The notes under the pieces are model-generated. The model was not told the origin of the DNA. It was given only the letters and a program-made list of their open reading frames with translations, and did no database searches. This document shows positions 26,320 to 38,210 of a DNA stretch of 64,000 nt, in pieces. The stretch comes from Mobula hypostoma. Lineage: Eukaryota. The stretch lies in assembly GCF_963921235.1 (NCBI RefSeq), contig NC_086097.1, forward strand, positions 198,340,001 through 198,404,000, read 5' to 3'. The translations under genes were made by a program, and so were the position numbers. Position 1 is the first letter of the stretch. Every line of letters starts with the position of its first letter.

Positions 26320-27368
26320 CAGGTGTGTTTACGAAAATTTTTAATCTCTCCTCCTGCCAGTGTAGAGTGCCCTTCTGTTTCAAATTATCCACCGTTGTTC
26401 CTGTACCAAAAAAGACCAAGGTAACATGCCTGAACAATTGGCGTCTTGCTGCACTCACCTCAATAATAAGCAAATACTTTGAGAGGCTGGTCAAGGACTA
26501 CATCTGCAGCTTGCTACCACCCAAACTGGACCCTCTGCAATTCGCCTTCCGACACAACTGATCAACAGACGACGCAATAGCCACAGCTCTACATACCATC
26601 CTTACAAATCTGGAGAAGAAGGATGCTTATGTGAGAATGCTGTTCTTGGACTACAGTTCAGCATTCAACACCATAATTCCAACTAGGCTTGACAGGAAGC
26701 TCAGAGATCTCGGCCTTCATCCTGCCTTGTGCAGCTGGATCCTGGACTTCCTGACAGATCGCCGGCAGGTGGTAAGAGTGGGCTCCCTCACCTCCACCCC
26801 TCTGACCTGTGTACTAAATCCCCTCCTTTACTCCCTGTATACTCATGACTGTGTTGCCACCCACAACTCTAATCTGCTAATTAAATATGCTGACGAATCT
26901 ACATTGATTGGCTTAATCTCAAACAATAACGAGGTGGCCTGGTACGGGAACTGTACCTCCCTTAACTGCAGGATTCTGCAGAGAGTGGTGTGGACAGCCC
27001 AGCGCATCTGCAGTTGTGAACTTCCCATGATTCAGGATAGTTACAAAGACAGGTGTGAAAAAAAGTTCCGAAGGATTATTGGAGACTCAAGTAACCCAAA
27101 CCACAATTTATTCCAGCTGTTACCATCTGGGAAACAGTACCGCAGCATAAGAGCCAGGACCAACAGGCTCTGGGACAGCTTCTTCCACCAAGCCATCAGA
27201 ATGATTAACTCACGCTGATTTGAGAGTATTTCTATGTTACATTGACTGTTCTATTTATTATAAATTACTATGATTGCACATTGCACATTTAGACAGAGAC
27301 ATAACATAAAGATTTTTACTCGTGTATGTGAAGGATGTAAGAAACAAAATCAATTCAATTCAACTCAA
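26320..27368 (+). mobile_element. Rex1/Babar LINE, truncated and internally deleted
   Basis: [37 protein letters not shown]; tail aattcaattcaactc. Confidence 0.9.
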
Positions 27369-28289
27369 TTATCAAGTGCCTTCTGAAAATCTAAAAATCT
27401 ATGTAAATTACTTCCACTGCCTCTCATTTGTTCTCTCTGCTAGTTACTTCCTTAAAGAACTCGAACAGATTTGTCAGGCAAGATTTCCCTTTACAGAAAC
27501 CATGCTGACATTGACTTATTTTACCATTAGTCTCCAAGCACATCAAAACCTCATCCTTAATAATAGACTCCAACACTTTCCTTACCAGTGAGGTTAGGCT
27601 AATGGGCCTATAATTTAATTTCTTTTGCCTTCCTCTTTTCAGAAATGTGGAGTGACATTTGCAATTTTCGAGTCCTCTGGGAACATACCAGAATCAAGTG
27701 ATTCTTGAAAGATCATGACCAATGCATCTGTTATCTCTTCAGGAACCTCTATCAGGACTCTGCAATTCAGTCCATTTGGTCCAGGTGACTTATCCATCTT
27801 AAGACCTTTCTGTTTTCCCTTTGTAATAGCAATGGGACTCACTCCTGCTCCCTGACACTCATGGACCTCTGGCAGACTGCTGGTGTCTTCCTCAGTGGAA
27901 ACTGATGCAAAGTACCCATTAGGTTAATCTGACATCTGTTTGTCCCCCATGACTATCTCACCAGTATTATTTCCCAGTGGTCCAATATTAACTCTCACCT
28001 TCTTTTATTCTTTATATAACTGAAAAAATAGTAGTAGCCTTCTTTATTGGCTAGTTGGCCCTCATATTTCATCTTTTTCCTTCTTATAGCTTTCTTAGTT
28101 GCCTTTTGTTGGATTTTAAAAGCTTCCCAATCATCCAACTTCCCACTCACTTTTGCTACATTACATGCCCTTTCCTTGGCTTTTATGCATTCCTTAACTT
28201 CCCTTGTCAGCTATGGTCTCCTACCCCTGGCATTTGAGAACTTTTTCTTCCTTGGGCCACATCTATCCTGCTCTTTGTGAACTATGCCC

Positions 28290-28677
28290 TTTCATATGAT
28301 GTAATTTGACCTTTCCGAATCCTTCTTATTAACTTAAAATATATGAATAGGGGAGCGGAGTTGACGACATTATTGAACGTGTTCGATTTAAGATAATGGT
28401 CTAGCCTTGTTTTGTTCCGTTTGCATTTTGGGTTTAGTATTTAGTTCTTTTTTTTGTTTCTTTTTGGGGGTTTTCTTTGTATTTTTTTCTTTTTTATTTC
28501 TTTTTTCTCTATGATTAAAGATTAAAGTTTGGAAGTCTATTATACCTGTGTTATCTGTGTTATATGAAATCTTTTCTGTATATGCTTATTAATAATAAAA
28601 TTATTCCAATCTCTCTGTATCAACATTGTTATTTTGGTTATAACTTTGGAGAATTAATAAAAAGATTTAAAAAGAAA
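28290..28677 (+). mobile_element. 5'-truncated retroposon 3' end (L1-like) with TSD
   Basis: 11-bp TSD GAACTATGCCC (28279-28289, 28678-28688); T-rich UTR, AATAAA and A-rich tail. Confidence 0.7.
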
Positions 28678-29662
28678 GAACTATGCCCAGAAATTTCAGC
28701 CATCTCTACTCTGCCATCACCCCTGCCAGCATCTCCCTCCAATCCACCTGGGCAAGCTCCTCTCTCATGCCTCTGTAATTCCCTTTATTCCATTGTGATA
28801 CTGATATATGTGACTTATGCTTCTCCCTCTCAAATTGCAGTATGAATTGAATCATATGATGATCACTGCCTCCTAAGGGTTCCTTTACATTAAGCTACCT
28901 AATAAGATCAAGGTTATTACACAACACCCAAGCTAAGATAGCCTTTCCCTGAGTAGGCTCAATCACAAGCTGCTCTAAAAAATCATCTTGTAGGTATTCA
29001 ACAAATTCACTCTCTTTAGATCTGATACTAACCTAATTTTCCCAATCCCCTTACATATCGAAGTCCCCCATTATAATTGTGTTATTACCCTTATTACTGT
29101 CATGGTCCGGTCAGTGAAATCCGCATTCCGGTTCACGGTCTGGTCCACACTCCTTATTCCAGGTTTTCCGGTTTTTCCCAATTTCTGTTGAGGCAGCTGA
29201 TTCTCGTTTGGGCTGGCTTCATAATTACCTTCAGGATTCAGCCTCTGTCTGTGAGGAGATAAGACTATGGGCTTGGGAGTTTTGTGGAGAGGAGATTGAG
29301 CGTGTGTTGGAAGCAGTGGGTTGAGACGGCTAACTGGAAAATGGTGGAGAGTAGAGCTACTAGGACTTGATGTTTCAATCCCTATGGTAAGTTGGCACTC
29401 TTGATGTTGGCAGTGGGTTTGGAGTGGTGACAAGGGGGGAGGGTAGGTAGGTCATTGGGGTCATCAGGTGGGCACTCTCCTTCTTTGATGTTTTGTTGAT
29501 AAGACCACGACGTCTCCAGAGGGCTCAATGGTGCTACCTGGTGTCCCAGATACACCCCCCTCAGTTCCATACCCTCCTGTCTTCATCTTGCAGCCCAGTT
29601 ATTGTCTTTCCTTTTAATCCAAATCCAATTGCTGAGAGAACATCAAGGAAAGATCCAAGCCG

Positions 29663-31539
29663 TTGAAGGAAGTTTTTGGCGAGAGTGGAAGTGAACTAGA
29701 GATGGAGGTTGGTGGGAAAGAGGAACAGAATGGAAAGAGGAAGAAAAGAAAGCAGAGGTATGGGATATCAAACTCTGAGGAGTCAGAGGATGATCAAAAC
29801 AGGACAGCAAAACAATGGAAAGAAGATGAGAGTAAAGCAATTATAAAACTCAGCGAAGATGGGGTGTCTTTTGGTGATTGGAACTGGATTTGTTTGACAA
29901 AGATGCTCAACAAAATTATAGGTGAGATTAAAAGGGCAAAGATTTTACCAAATGGATCGCTATTAGTGATTTGTCGGGATAGTGCTCAGCAAGGCAAAGT
30001 GATAAGTTTAAGTAAAATAGACGGCAGAGAAGTACAATGCTCAATACCCAACAACAGAAAGTGGACTAGGGGAGTTGTTAGATTAAATTAGATTAGATTA
30101 GATTATGAGGACATGCACTCCTCTTTTATTGTCATTTAGTAATGCATATATTAAGAAATGATACAATTTGTTCCTCCAGAATGATATCATAGAAACACAA
30201 GACAAACCAAGACTAAAAAAAAACTGACAAAAACCACATAATTATAACATAGTTACAACAGTGCAAAGCAACACTGTAATTTGATGAAGAACAGACCATG
30301 GGCATGGTAAAAAAAAGTCTCAAAATCTCTTGAAAGTACCATCATCTCACGCAGATGGTTGAAGGGAGAAACTCTCCCTGCCATGAGCTTCCAGCGCCGC
30401 AAACTTGCCGATACAGCACCCTGGAAGAACCTGACCCGACCACAGTCCGACTCTGAGTCCGTCCGAAAACTTCGAGCCTCCGACCAGCCCTCCAACACCC
30501 AGCACTGAGCACCATCTCTGCCAAGTGCTTTGACCCCAGCTCTGGCAACAGGCAATAGACAAAGCCGAGGATTTGGGGCCTTCCCCTCCGGAGATTCTCG
30601 ATCGCATAGTAGCAGCGGCAGCGAAGCAGGCATTTCAGAAGCTTTTCCAGGTGTTCCTCCGTGCTTCTCATGTCCGTCTCCATCAAATCAGGATTGTGCA
30701 TGGCCCCTAGTTAACAAATACGATATCAATTCGGAGCAGCCACGCGCTCTGCGTCGCACCGCCATCTTCTCCTCCCCTCCCCTTGTTTCGGGGATACCAA
30801 CAAAAGTTACATGGATGAGATTAAACAGAACATAAAAGGAGCAAAAATTATTGAGGCCAAACATTTGAAAGTTACAAAAAACAGGAACAAGTGGGATAGT
30901 TTATCGGTAATGATTAACTTTGAAGCAGAGAGATTGCTGACTAACATTTACTTAGAGTATATGTGTTATATGGTTAGAAAACACATACCACCGCCTTTAA
31001 GGTGCTATAAATGTCAGAAATTCGGGCACATTGCAGCGGTCTGCAGAGGAAAACAAAGATGTGGGAGATGTGCTGGAGAACATGAATGTGGGAAATGTGA
31101 GGCGGGTGCTAGGCTGAAATGGTGCAATTGTGGCAAGGAACACAGCGCAGCTTATCGAGGGTGCATTTATAGCAAGAAGGTGGCTAAGATACAATATGTA
31201 AAAGTAACTCAAGGAATTAGTTATGCAGAGGCAGTGAAAGAATTTGCTGAAAAAAAGGCTGTCAAGCAAACAAATGCAGGGAATAATAAACTGGTGAATT
31301 GTGAGGGCTGTGATATGAAAAATAAGGATACACTATTAATGAGGAGAAAGGATTTCGTACTTTTTATGGTGGATGCAATTAATTGTTCAGCACAAACAAG
31401 CAAAAGAACTGAGAAAACTAAAATTAAAGTCAAGTCTGCAGAAGAGCATCTTGGTATTATAGGGTTTAGGTGGGAAGAAGTCAAAGAAACGCAGAATGGA
31501 GGATCCAACAATTCACAGGCAGGGGAGATGGAATCTTAA
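29663..31539 (+). pseudogene. LINE ORF1 nucleic-acid-binding protein (zinc knuckles), split by an insertion and one frameshift
   Basis: Removing 30080-30787 restores RGVVSGIP. Knuckles CYKCQKFGHIAAVC, CGRCAGEHECGKC and WCNCGKEHSAAYRGC in ORF 30811..31539. Confidence 0.8.
30080..30782 (-). mobile_element. Complete ~700-bp non-autonomous retroposon (probably mobilised by Rex1-type LINEs)
   Basis: TSD TTGTT (30075-30079, 30783-30787). 5' end has a YY1-like AAGATGGCG motif. 3' end has AATAAA and a (TAATC)n tail. Confidence 0.7.
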
Positions 31540-34500
31540 TGGCAGTGTATTTATCGCAAATGGTCAAGAATTTAAGAAATGTTTCAGAACTTAAGGAAAA
31601 TTCTCAGATTTTATGGTTGAAGCTCAGGGTAAATGTGTAGAACTCCAACAACAAATAGAAGTACCCGACAAGAACAACTGTGAGGTAGAAAGAGATTGGA
31701 AAGTGGAGGAAATTATTGCAAGGATACAAAAGGAAAAGGAATTTGTTGCAAAGTGAATTATCTACATTCAGATTATAAAATGAAAACATAGAAGCAAATG
31801 AAGAATTCCAAGGTCTCAGTAAACCCAATTTCCCTCGGGGTCAGTAGAGTATGTCTATCTATCTATCTATCTAAACAACTGCAGGCTACGATCCAAGAAA
31901 AGGAAAACCTGAAAAAGCAGATAGACTTGGAAAAACAGCAATTTTAAAAGTATAATGTGCGATAATTAATATTCTTTAACAAGACCGTTTTAGTCTTACA
32001 AGTGACGTAGATGAAATCAATGTAATTGAGGTAATGCAACTACATGAAAACGTGACAAAATTAGGGAAGAATAGCAGTTTGCAGCATTATCTAATGAGCG
32101 CATTAAGCATTCGCGAGGAATTGCAACTACAGAGTGATGCTAATAGAGAACTGCAGGCTGAACTAGATTGTCTAAAGTACAGAACTCCAGGCCAAATTTG
32201 GTTGGAACACCACAAGTCTAGCAGGTGGCAGTAATGCACTGAAAAACTGGTTGCTAACCGCCAGAAGACGAAGAAGAAGAAGCTGCCTCTGGCTGCTGGA
32301 TTGTTCCTGTCCATACCCCCTGTCTGGGGGGTATGGAGTTCCTTGCCCAGCCTGGTGCTGGGGTTCTCTCGTCCTGTGCTGGAGTTACCTTGTCCTGTCC
32401 AGGAGTCTCACATCCTGTCCTGTTGCCTCTCCTCATCCTGAAGCCACATCTTATCCTCGCCTAGTTCTGGAGTCCGAGCCTGAGCCCGAGTCAAGTCCCA
32501 GGTTCTGGGTCCTTGCCCAGTCTCTGGCTCGGAGTCCATACCCAAGCCTCAAAGTATCCTAGCCTCGAAGAACCCAAGCCTTGTCATGTCTTCACCTAGA
32601 TTTGGGGTCCGAGCCTGAGTCAAGACCCAGGTTTCGGGTCCTTGTCCAGTCTCTGGCTCAGAGTCCAAGCCCAGGCTCCTAGTTCTAAGTTCCATGTCCT
32701 GGTTCTGTTATCCTAGTCAAGTCCTAGCCCAGGCCCTGTATCCTTGTCTCGTCCAGGGCCTGTGTCATGTCTAGCATCCATTCTTCCCCTCTCCCCTTGC
32801 TTCCTTGTCACACCTGGTCGTATTCCTAGTACTTCAGTGTCTGTGGCTTGCATTTGGGTCCGCCCCACAGTGCCCCCATGTGACAATTACATGCCCTTTC
32901 CAGTCCCCTTTGCAATCTCACCCACATCTTGGCTACTATTTGGAGGTCGATATATGATTCTGATAATTGTTTTTTACCCTTACTGTTTCTTAACTCCACC
33001 CACAAAGATTCAACATTCTCTGACCCTATGTCACCTCTTTCTAAAGATGTAATTCCATCTCTTACCAATAGAGCCACACAACCCCCTTTGCCTTGCTGCC
33101 TGTTCTTTTGATACAAGGTATGTCCTTTGATGTTTAGCTCCTAACTATGGCATTCTTTCAGCCCCAATCCAGTGATGCCCACAACGTCATACCAACCAAT
33201 CTCTAATTACACCACAAGTTTGTCCACTTTATTCTGAATCTTATATGCATTTAAATACAGCACCTTCAGTCCTGCATTCTTCGCCCTTTTGAACTTTGTC
33301 TTGTGGTGAAATTTAACTCTTTGCTCTGTCTGCATTTGCAGCCAATCATTGGCTTGTTCTTCCTTACATTCATGTTACACCCATCATCTACTTGCAAACC
33401 TGCTGGCTCATCCTCAGCTCGATCATACTGGTTCCCATCCCGCTCCACATTAGTTTAAACCACTCTGAACATCTCTAGTAAACCTACCCGCAAGAATATC
33501 AGTCCCCCTTGGGTACAAGTGCAACCCACCCCTTTTGAACAGATTACTCCTGCCTCAGAAGAGGTCCCTGCCCCCTGCTCCAATTCTTCAGCCACACATA
33601 TATCTGCCACCTCATTCTATTCCTATCCTCACTGCCATGTGGTACAGGCAGCAATCCTGAGATTAATACCCTTGAGGTCCTGCCTCTCAGCTTCTTTCCT
33701 AATTCCCTGTATTCTGTTTTTAGGACCTCCTTGCTTTTCCTACCTATCTCATTGGTTCCAATATGTACCTCGACTTCTGGCTGCTCACCCTCCCTTTTCA
33801 GGATATTGTGGATGTGTTCAGAAACATAGTGGACCCTGGCACCTGGGAGGCAAACTATCATCCATGTTTCTTATTTGCATTCACATAATCGCCTATCTGT
33901 CCCCTTAACTATAGAGTACCTTCTTCAGTTCCCTCCCCTTCTGAGCCACAAGGCCAGAGGCATGGCCGCTGTTGCTTACCCAGGTAGGTTGTCCTTCCCA
34001 ACAGTACTCAAAATGGAGTACTTATTGTTGAGGGGGACTGCCACAGGGATGTTCTCCACTACCTTTCCTCTCCTGACCATCAACTATTTATCTGTCTCCT
34101 GTAGCCTTGGGATGACTGCCTCCCTGTAGCTCCTGCCTATCACCTCTTCACTTTTCCTATCAAGCTGAAGGTCATCGAGCTGCAGCTCCAGTTCCTTCAC
34201 ACATCGCGATATCTCAATGCACGCGGAGCAGGTGTGGCCAATGGAGAGGCTGGTAGTCTGCTGGAAATCCCACATCTGACACTCCGAACAGAACACTGGC
34301 TCTGTAGATATAGCCCCTATTCCCTCAAGAGTTAAATAGGAAAAAAGAAATAAGAAATAAAGAATGAACTTACCTACTTATGTCACCTCCGCCTGTTCTC
34401 CCTGAAGCCCTGTTGAGCCAAAGCCTTACCACTCTGACTCAGACCACTCCCAAGATGACCATTCTGCTAGACGGTACCCCTCTTTTATGGAGACTGGGTT

Positions 34501-34669
34501 TTCAAAGCTCTTTGCTGGAAAAATGTGGATACGCTTCCACTGTGTCTAAACAGTACTCCATTCAATGACTCCCGCTGAGAAAAACTTCCTGCTTTTTAAA
34601 TTACTTAGCCAGACATGTTTGGGAACGCTTCTACTTCATCTGCGCAGTACTCCAACCAACAGCTTCTTT

Positions 34670-37385
34670 TCTTGCACACTTGTTCCAACAGACAGGTGGC
34701 TTCAAGACAACATTCCAGACTTGGCCATCCAGCTAGAAGGCCTAATCTTCTTTTGGGAGGACAGAAATGCTGTGACCTCTGACAAAACCTGTGAAGGAGG
34801 TCCATGTGTCTACATCAGTAAGAACTGGCGAGTGAACGCCTCAGTAGTGATGATTCACTGCTCACTGCAGATAAAGTTTTTAATGGTGAAGTGCAGGCCC
34901 CTCTGCTTGCTGAGGGAGTTCACTGCCATTGTGATTATTGCTGTTTACATTCCCTCGTGCTTGTGCTGGGGAAGGACTGCAGCAGCTCTACAGTGTGGTC
35001 TGCAACCCCAAAGCTACTCATTCCGATGGTGTATTCATTGGCTGCTGACTTCATTCAGGCCAACTTAAAAACAGACCTGCCAAAATTCTACCAGCATGTC
35101 AACTTTGCAAGCAGAAGAGAGAATATATAAGACTTGGTTTACATCAGTGTTTGTGGAGCCTCACCTTAGATACTCAGACCACACATCCATTTTGCTAATC
35201 CCTGCTACAGACCACTGGTTAAATGAGTCAAACCAGTTCACAGGAAGATCGGGAGCTGGCTAGAAGGTGCCACCTCACCGCTGCAGGACTGCTTCGAAAG
35301 CACAGACTGGAGTATATTCAGGGAGACAGCTACCTACGATCATCATGTCAATACTCGTGAACATGCAGCATTGGTGACTGGCTTGCATAGGAAACTGCAT
35401 TGAGAACGTTACCACACTGCCAGGTCAAACCAGAAACCATGGCTGACTGCAGAGGTTTGTGCACTGCTTGGAGATTGGGATGCTGCCTTCAGATCGGGGG
35501 ACAGGACAACTCTAAGGTCAGCAAGAGGTCAGGAAGGCAAAGCATGTGTCGGCACAGAAAATCCACAGGCACCTTTGTGTCACCAGGGACACACAATGCA
35601 TGTTGCAAGGTATATGAGCCATAACAGATTACAAGTCCACCCTGCACATCAACAACAGCACCTTCCTTCCTGATAGGCTCAATGATTTCTATGCACTTGA
35701 GTAATGTGACATCAAGGAAAGCCCCCTCTCTTCCTGAGGAACAGGGACATGTATACAGTATATATGTTTTTTTTTGTGTGACTGTGTGTTTTATACCTTG
35801 GCTCCAGAGGAGTGCTGTTGCATTTGACTGTATTCATGTATGGTTTAATGATAATTAAAATAAATTTAAATTTGACTTGATTTGACCCTGTCTGGTTGCA
35901 GCCAATATGAGGAGAACCCTCGCAAAGCTGCATTGCTAGAAGGCACAATTGGTCAAGTGGCGAGGGACTGGGCAGCCCAGCTAAGAGAGGTCTTAACAGA
36001 CAGCATTAATATCTCTTTGAAACAGTCCACCATCCCTGCAGGCTTTAAGGCACCACCATCATTCTGATGCCCAAGATTGCCTAAATGATCACCACCCAGT
36101 GGCTTTAACGTCAACAATCATGAAGTGCTTTGAGTTTAATGGATCATGTAAAATCTTACCTTCCAGCTACATTGGTCCTGTTTCAATTTGCCTACACCTT
36201 AAACCAGTCCACTGATGATGCCATCATTTTGGCTCTCTACTCCATCCTCTCCCACCTAGAAAATGATGATTCATGCACCAGGATTTTGTTCATCGATTTC
36301 AGCTCAGCATTTTACATGATCATCCCTCAGAGGCAGATGGCTAAGCTGACCTCGCTGGGACTCAACACTGGATCTGGGACTTCCTGACAGAAAGACCCCA
36401 GTCAGTCTGAGCTGGCAGCAACATCTCAAGCTCCATCATGCTGAGCACTGATACCTCCTAGGACCATGTGCTTAGTCCACTGCTGTTCATATTACCGACT
36501 CATGACTGCACTGTCAGATCCAACTCAAACTGCATCATCAAGTTCCCTGATGATACTACAGTGGCTGGCCTCATCAGCAACAGTGATGAGTCGGCATACA
36601 GAGAGGAGGTAGTGAGGCTTATCTAAGAACAACAACCTGAGTCTCTATTTGGACAAGACAAGAGAGATGATTGTGCACTTTAGGAAGGTAAAGGCCAACC
36701 ACTCTCCATTGCACATCAATGGACCTGCCATGGAGAGAGTGAATAACACAATGTTCGCAAAACGGACAGTCTAATCTGGACCCTCAGACCTCCTCACTAG
36801 TCAAGAAGGCACAGCAGAGTGTCGTTGAGAGTGTCCTGTCTGACTGCATTATCGTGTGGTACGGAAGCTGCAAGGCATCAGACCGCAAGACCTTAAACAG
36901 GACAGTAAAATCCATCCGGAGAATCATCAGGGTCTTCCCTCCCCCTCCCCCTCCCTTCCCTGGCCCCTATTTGTGACATTTACTGGGAGTGTTGCAGACA
37001 AACTGGCCAAAGCATTGTTGAGGATCCCTACCACTAATCCCACAACCTCTTTGACCACTACTATCAGAAAGGAGGTACAGAAGCATTTGGACCAGGACTG
37101 CCAAACTGGGTAAGAGCTTCTTCCCTCATGCTGTGAGACTAGTGAATACCTTGCCACCGCCGGCGTCTCGTCACTAGGACAGCGAGCTGGTTACTGTTCA
37201 CCTGTCTGGCACTTCACTATATGCATTTTGAATGAAATTTTATGATGTTATTAATATAATATTTTGATTTATGTGCTGTATGTGACATGCATGTTGAGTG
37301 GGTGCACTGTGGTCTGGAGGAACATTGATTTGTTTGGTTCTATGTACGTATAGTCAGATGACAAACTTCAGTTTGAACTTGTATT
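34670..37385 (+). mobile_element. Old near-full-length Rex1/Babar LINE relic (APE+RT)
   Basis: WLQDNIPDLAIQLEG..GGPCVYI..VKCRP..REFT..AVYIP; ADFIQANLK..FYQHV; QFAY..STDDAI..LFIDFSSAF. Confidence 0.85.
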
Positions 37386-37925
37386 TGAAGTTCAGAGATA
37401 CGGATGGGTGATGAAGGACATCTGTGGATTTCAGGCTGACCCAGGTTGCTGGATCCTAGGATCAGGCTCTTCCAGGTTGGTCAGTCCCAGGACTGGGCCT
37501 AGGGCCAGTCAGTCAGCGAGCCTGGAGTTAGAGCCTGGAGTTTGGGGTCCGGCGGTCAGTACTGAAGATCATAGCCTGAAGTTTGATCAGAAGTCTGGAG
37601 GTCAAAGCCAGATGCCCAAAACCTGGAGACTGGAGGCCCGCTGGACTGCCCTGGAGTTGAAGAGTGGTCTGTGTGAGCGGGTCGGAAGGAGGAAAGGGGC
37701 TCATTTTGCTGTTGCTGTTTTGTTGTTTGTTGTGTTCTGTCTTGCTGTGCTTGGTGTTGTTCTGCCGAGTTTTTTAAGCATGCTATGTTGGCACTAGAAT
37801 GTGGGGCAACAATTGCAGGCTGCCCCCAACATGTCCTCAGGTGTGTTGTTTGTTAATGCAAATGACCCATTTTATAGTATGTTTCAATGTACATGTGATA
37901 ACTAAATCTGATTCTGATCTGATAA

Positions 37926-38210
37926 GATTTAATCGATTTTATTCATTAAAGACTGCACGTTCGCCAGCAAGATTGTTGGTATAGGGAGTTTAAAACCCCG
38001 CTTCCTTAAACGCACTTGTAATCCTGATCTTCGCCCACACTTTTTCCATGGGCCCTTCCGACCACAGACTATGTGGTTTCCGTCGGTTTTAAGCAGCGAT
38101 AGTTTGTTTAAACTCATTAAGACATCTTTGTTGACTTTACTGACTTTGGAAGTAGTTGTGCTTTTTACCTGTAACAGGCTGAGACGGGAATATTTAATCA
38201 TATCCATTGA
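37926..38210 (-). mobile_element. Rex1/Babar 5' fragment (start of APE)
   Basis: GLQVRLRKRGFKLPIPTILLANVQSLMNKID. Confidence 0.75.

Larger units (their letters stand above)
29252..32282 (+). mobile_element. Nimb/I-group LINE derivative: ORF1, start of ORF2, foreign segment, 3' end
   Basis: Gag-like ORF1 with three CCHC knuckles. ORF2 start IANGQEFKK at ~31555. 3' end aggtggcagtaatgcac...aaccgcca followed by (GAA)n. Near-TSD GCCTCTG(T/G)CTG at 29241-29251 and 32285-32295. Confidence 0.75.
29098..32885 (+). mobile_element. Solo LTR (TGTCA...TGACA) with a LINE inserted near its 5' end
   Basis: Termini TGTCA (29098) and TGACA (32881-32885); 5-bp TSD ATTAC at 29093-29097 and 32886-32890; internal duplicated block at ~32455-32670. 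LTR sequence proper is ~29098-29251 plus ~32285-32885. Strand is tentative. Confidence 0.8.
21990..34400 (-). mobile_element. One near-full-length old CR1 (ORF1 zinc finger and esterase, APE, RT, 3' UTR) split by nested insertions
   Basis: Colinear CR1 pieces at ~21990-22695, 23575-23740, 26200-26320, 27370-28289, 28689-29097 and 32891-34400. ORF1 motifs CSECQMW..CSAC (34084-34296) and VCLPGARV..HIGTN (33544-33861). Confidence 0.75.

Noticed and set aside
32455..32720. Repeated blocks resembling a repeat-spacer array
   Set aside because: These are degenerate internal duplications of an LTR in eukaryotic DNA, with no regular repeat-spacer structure and no cas genes.
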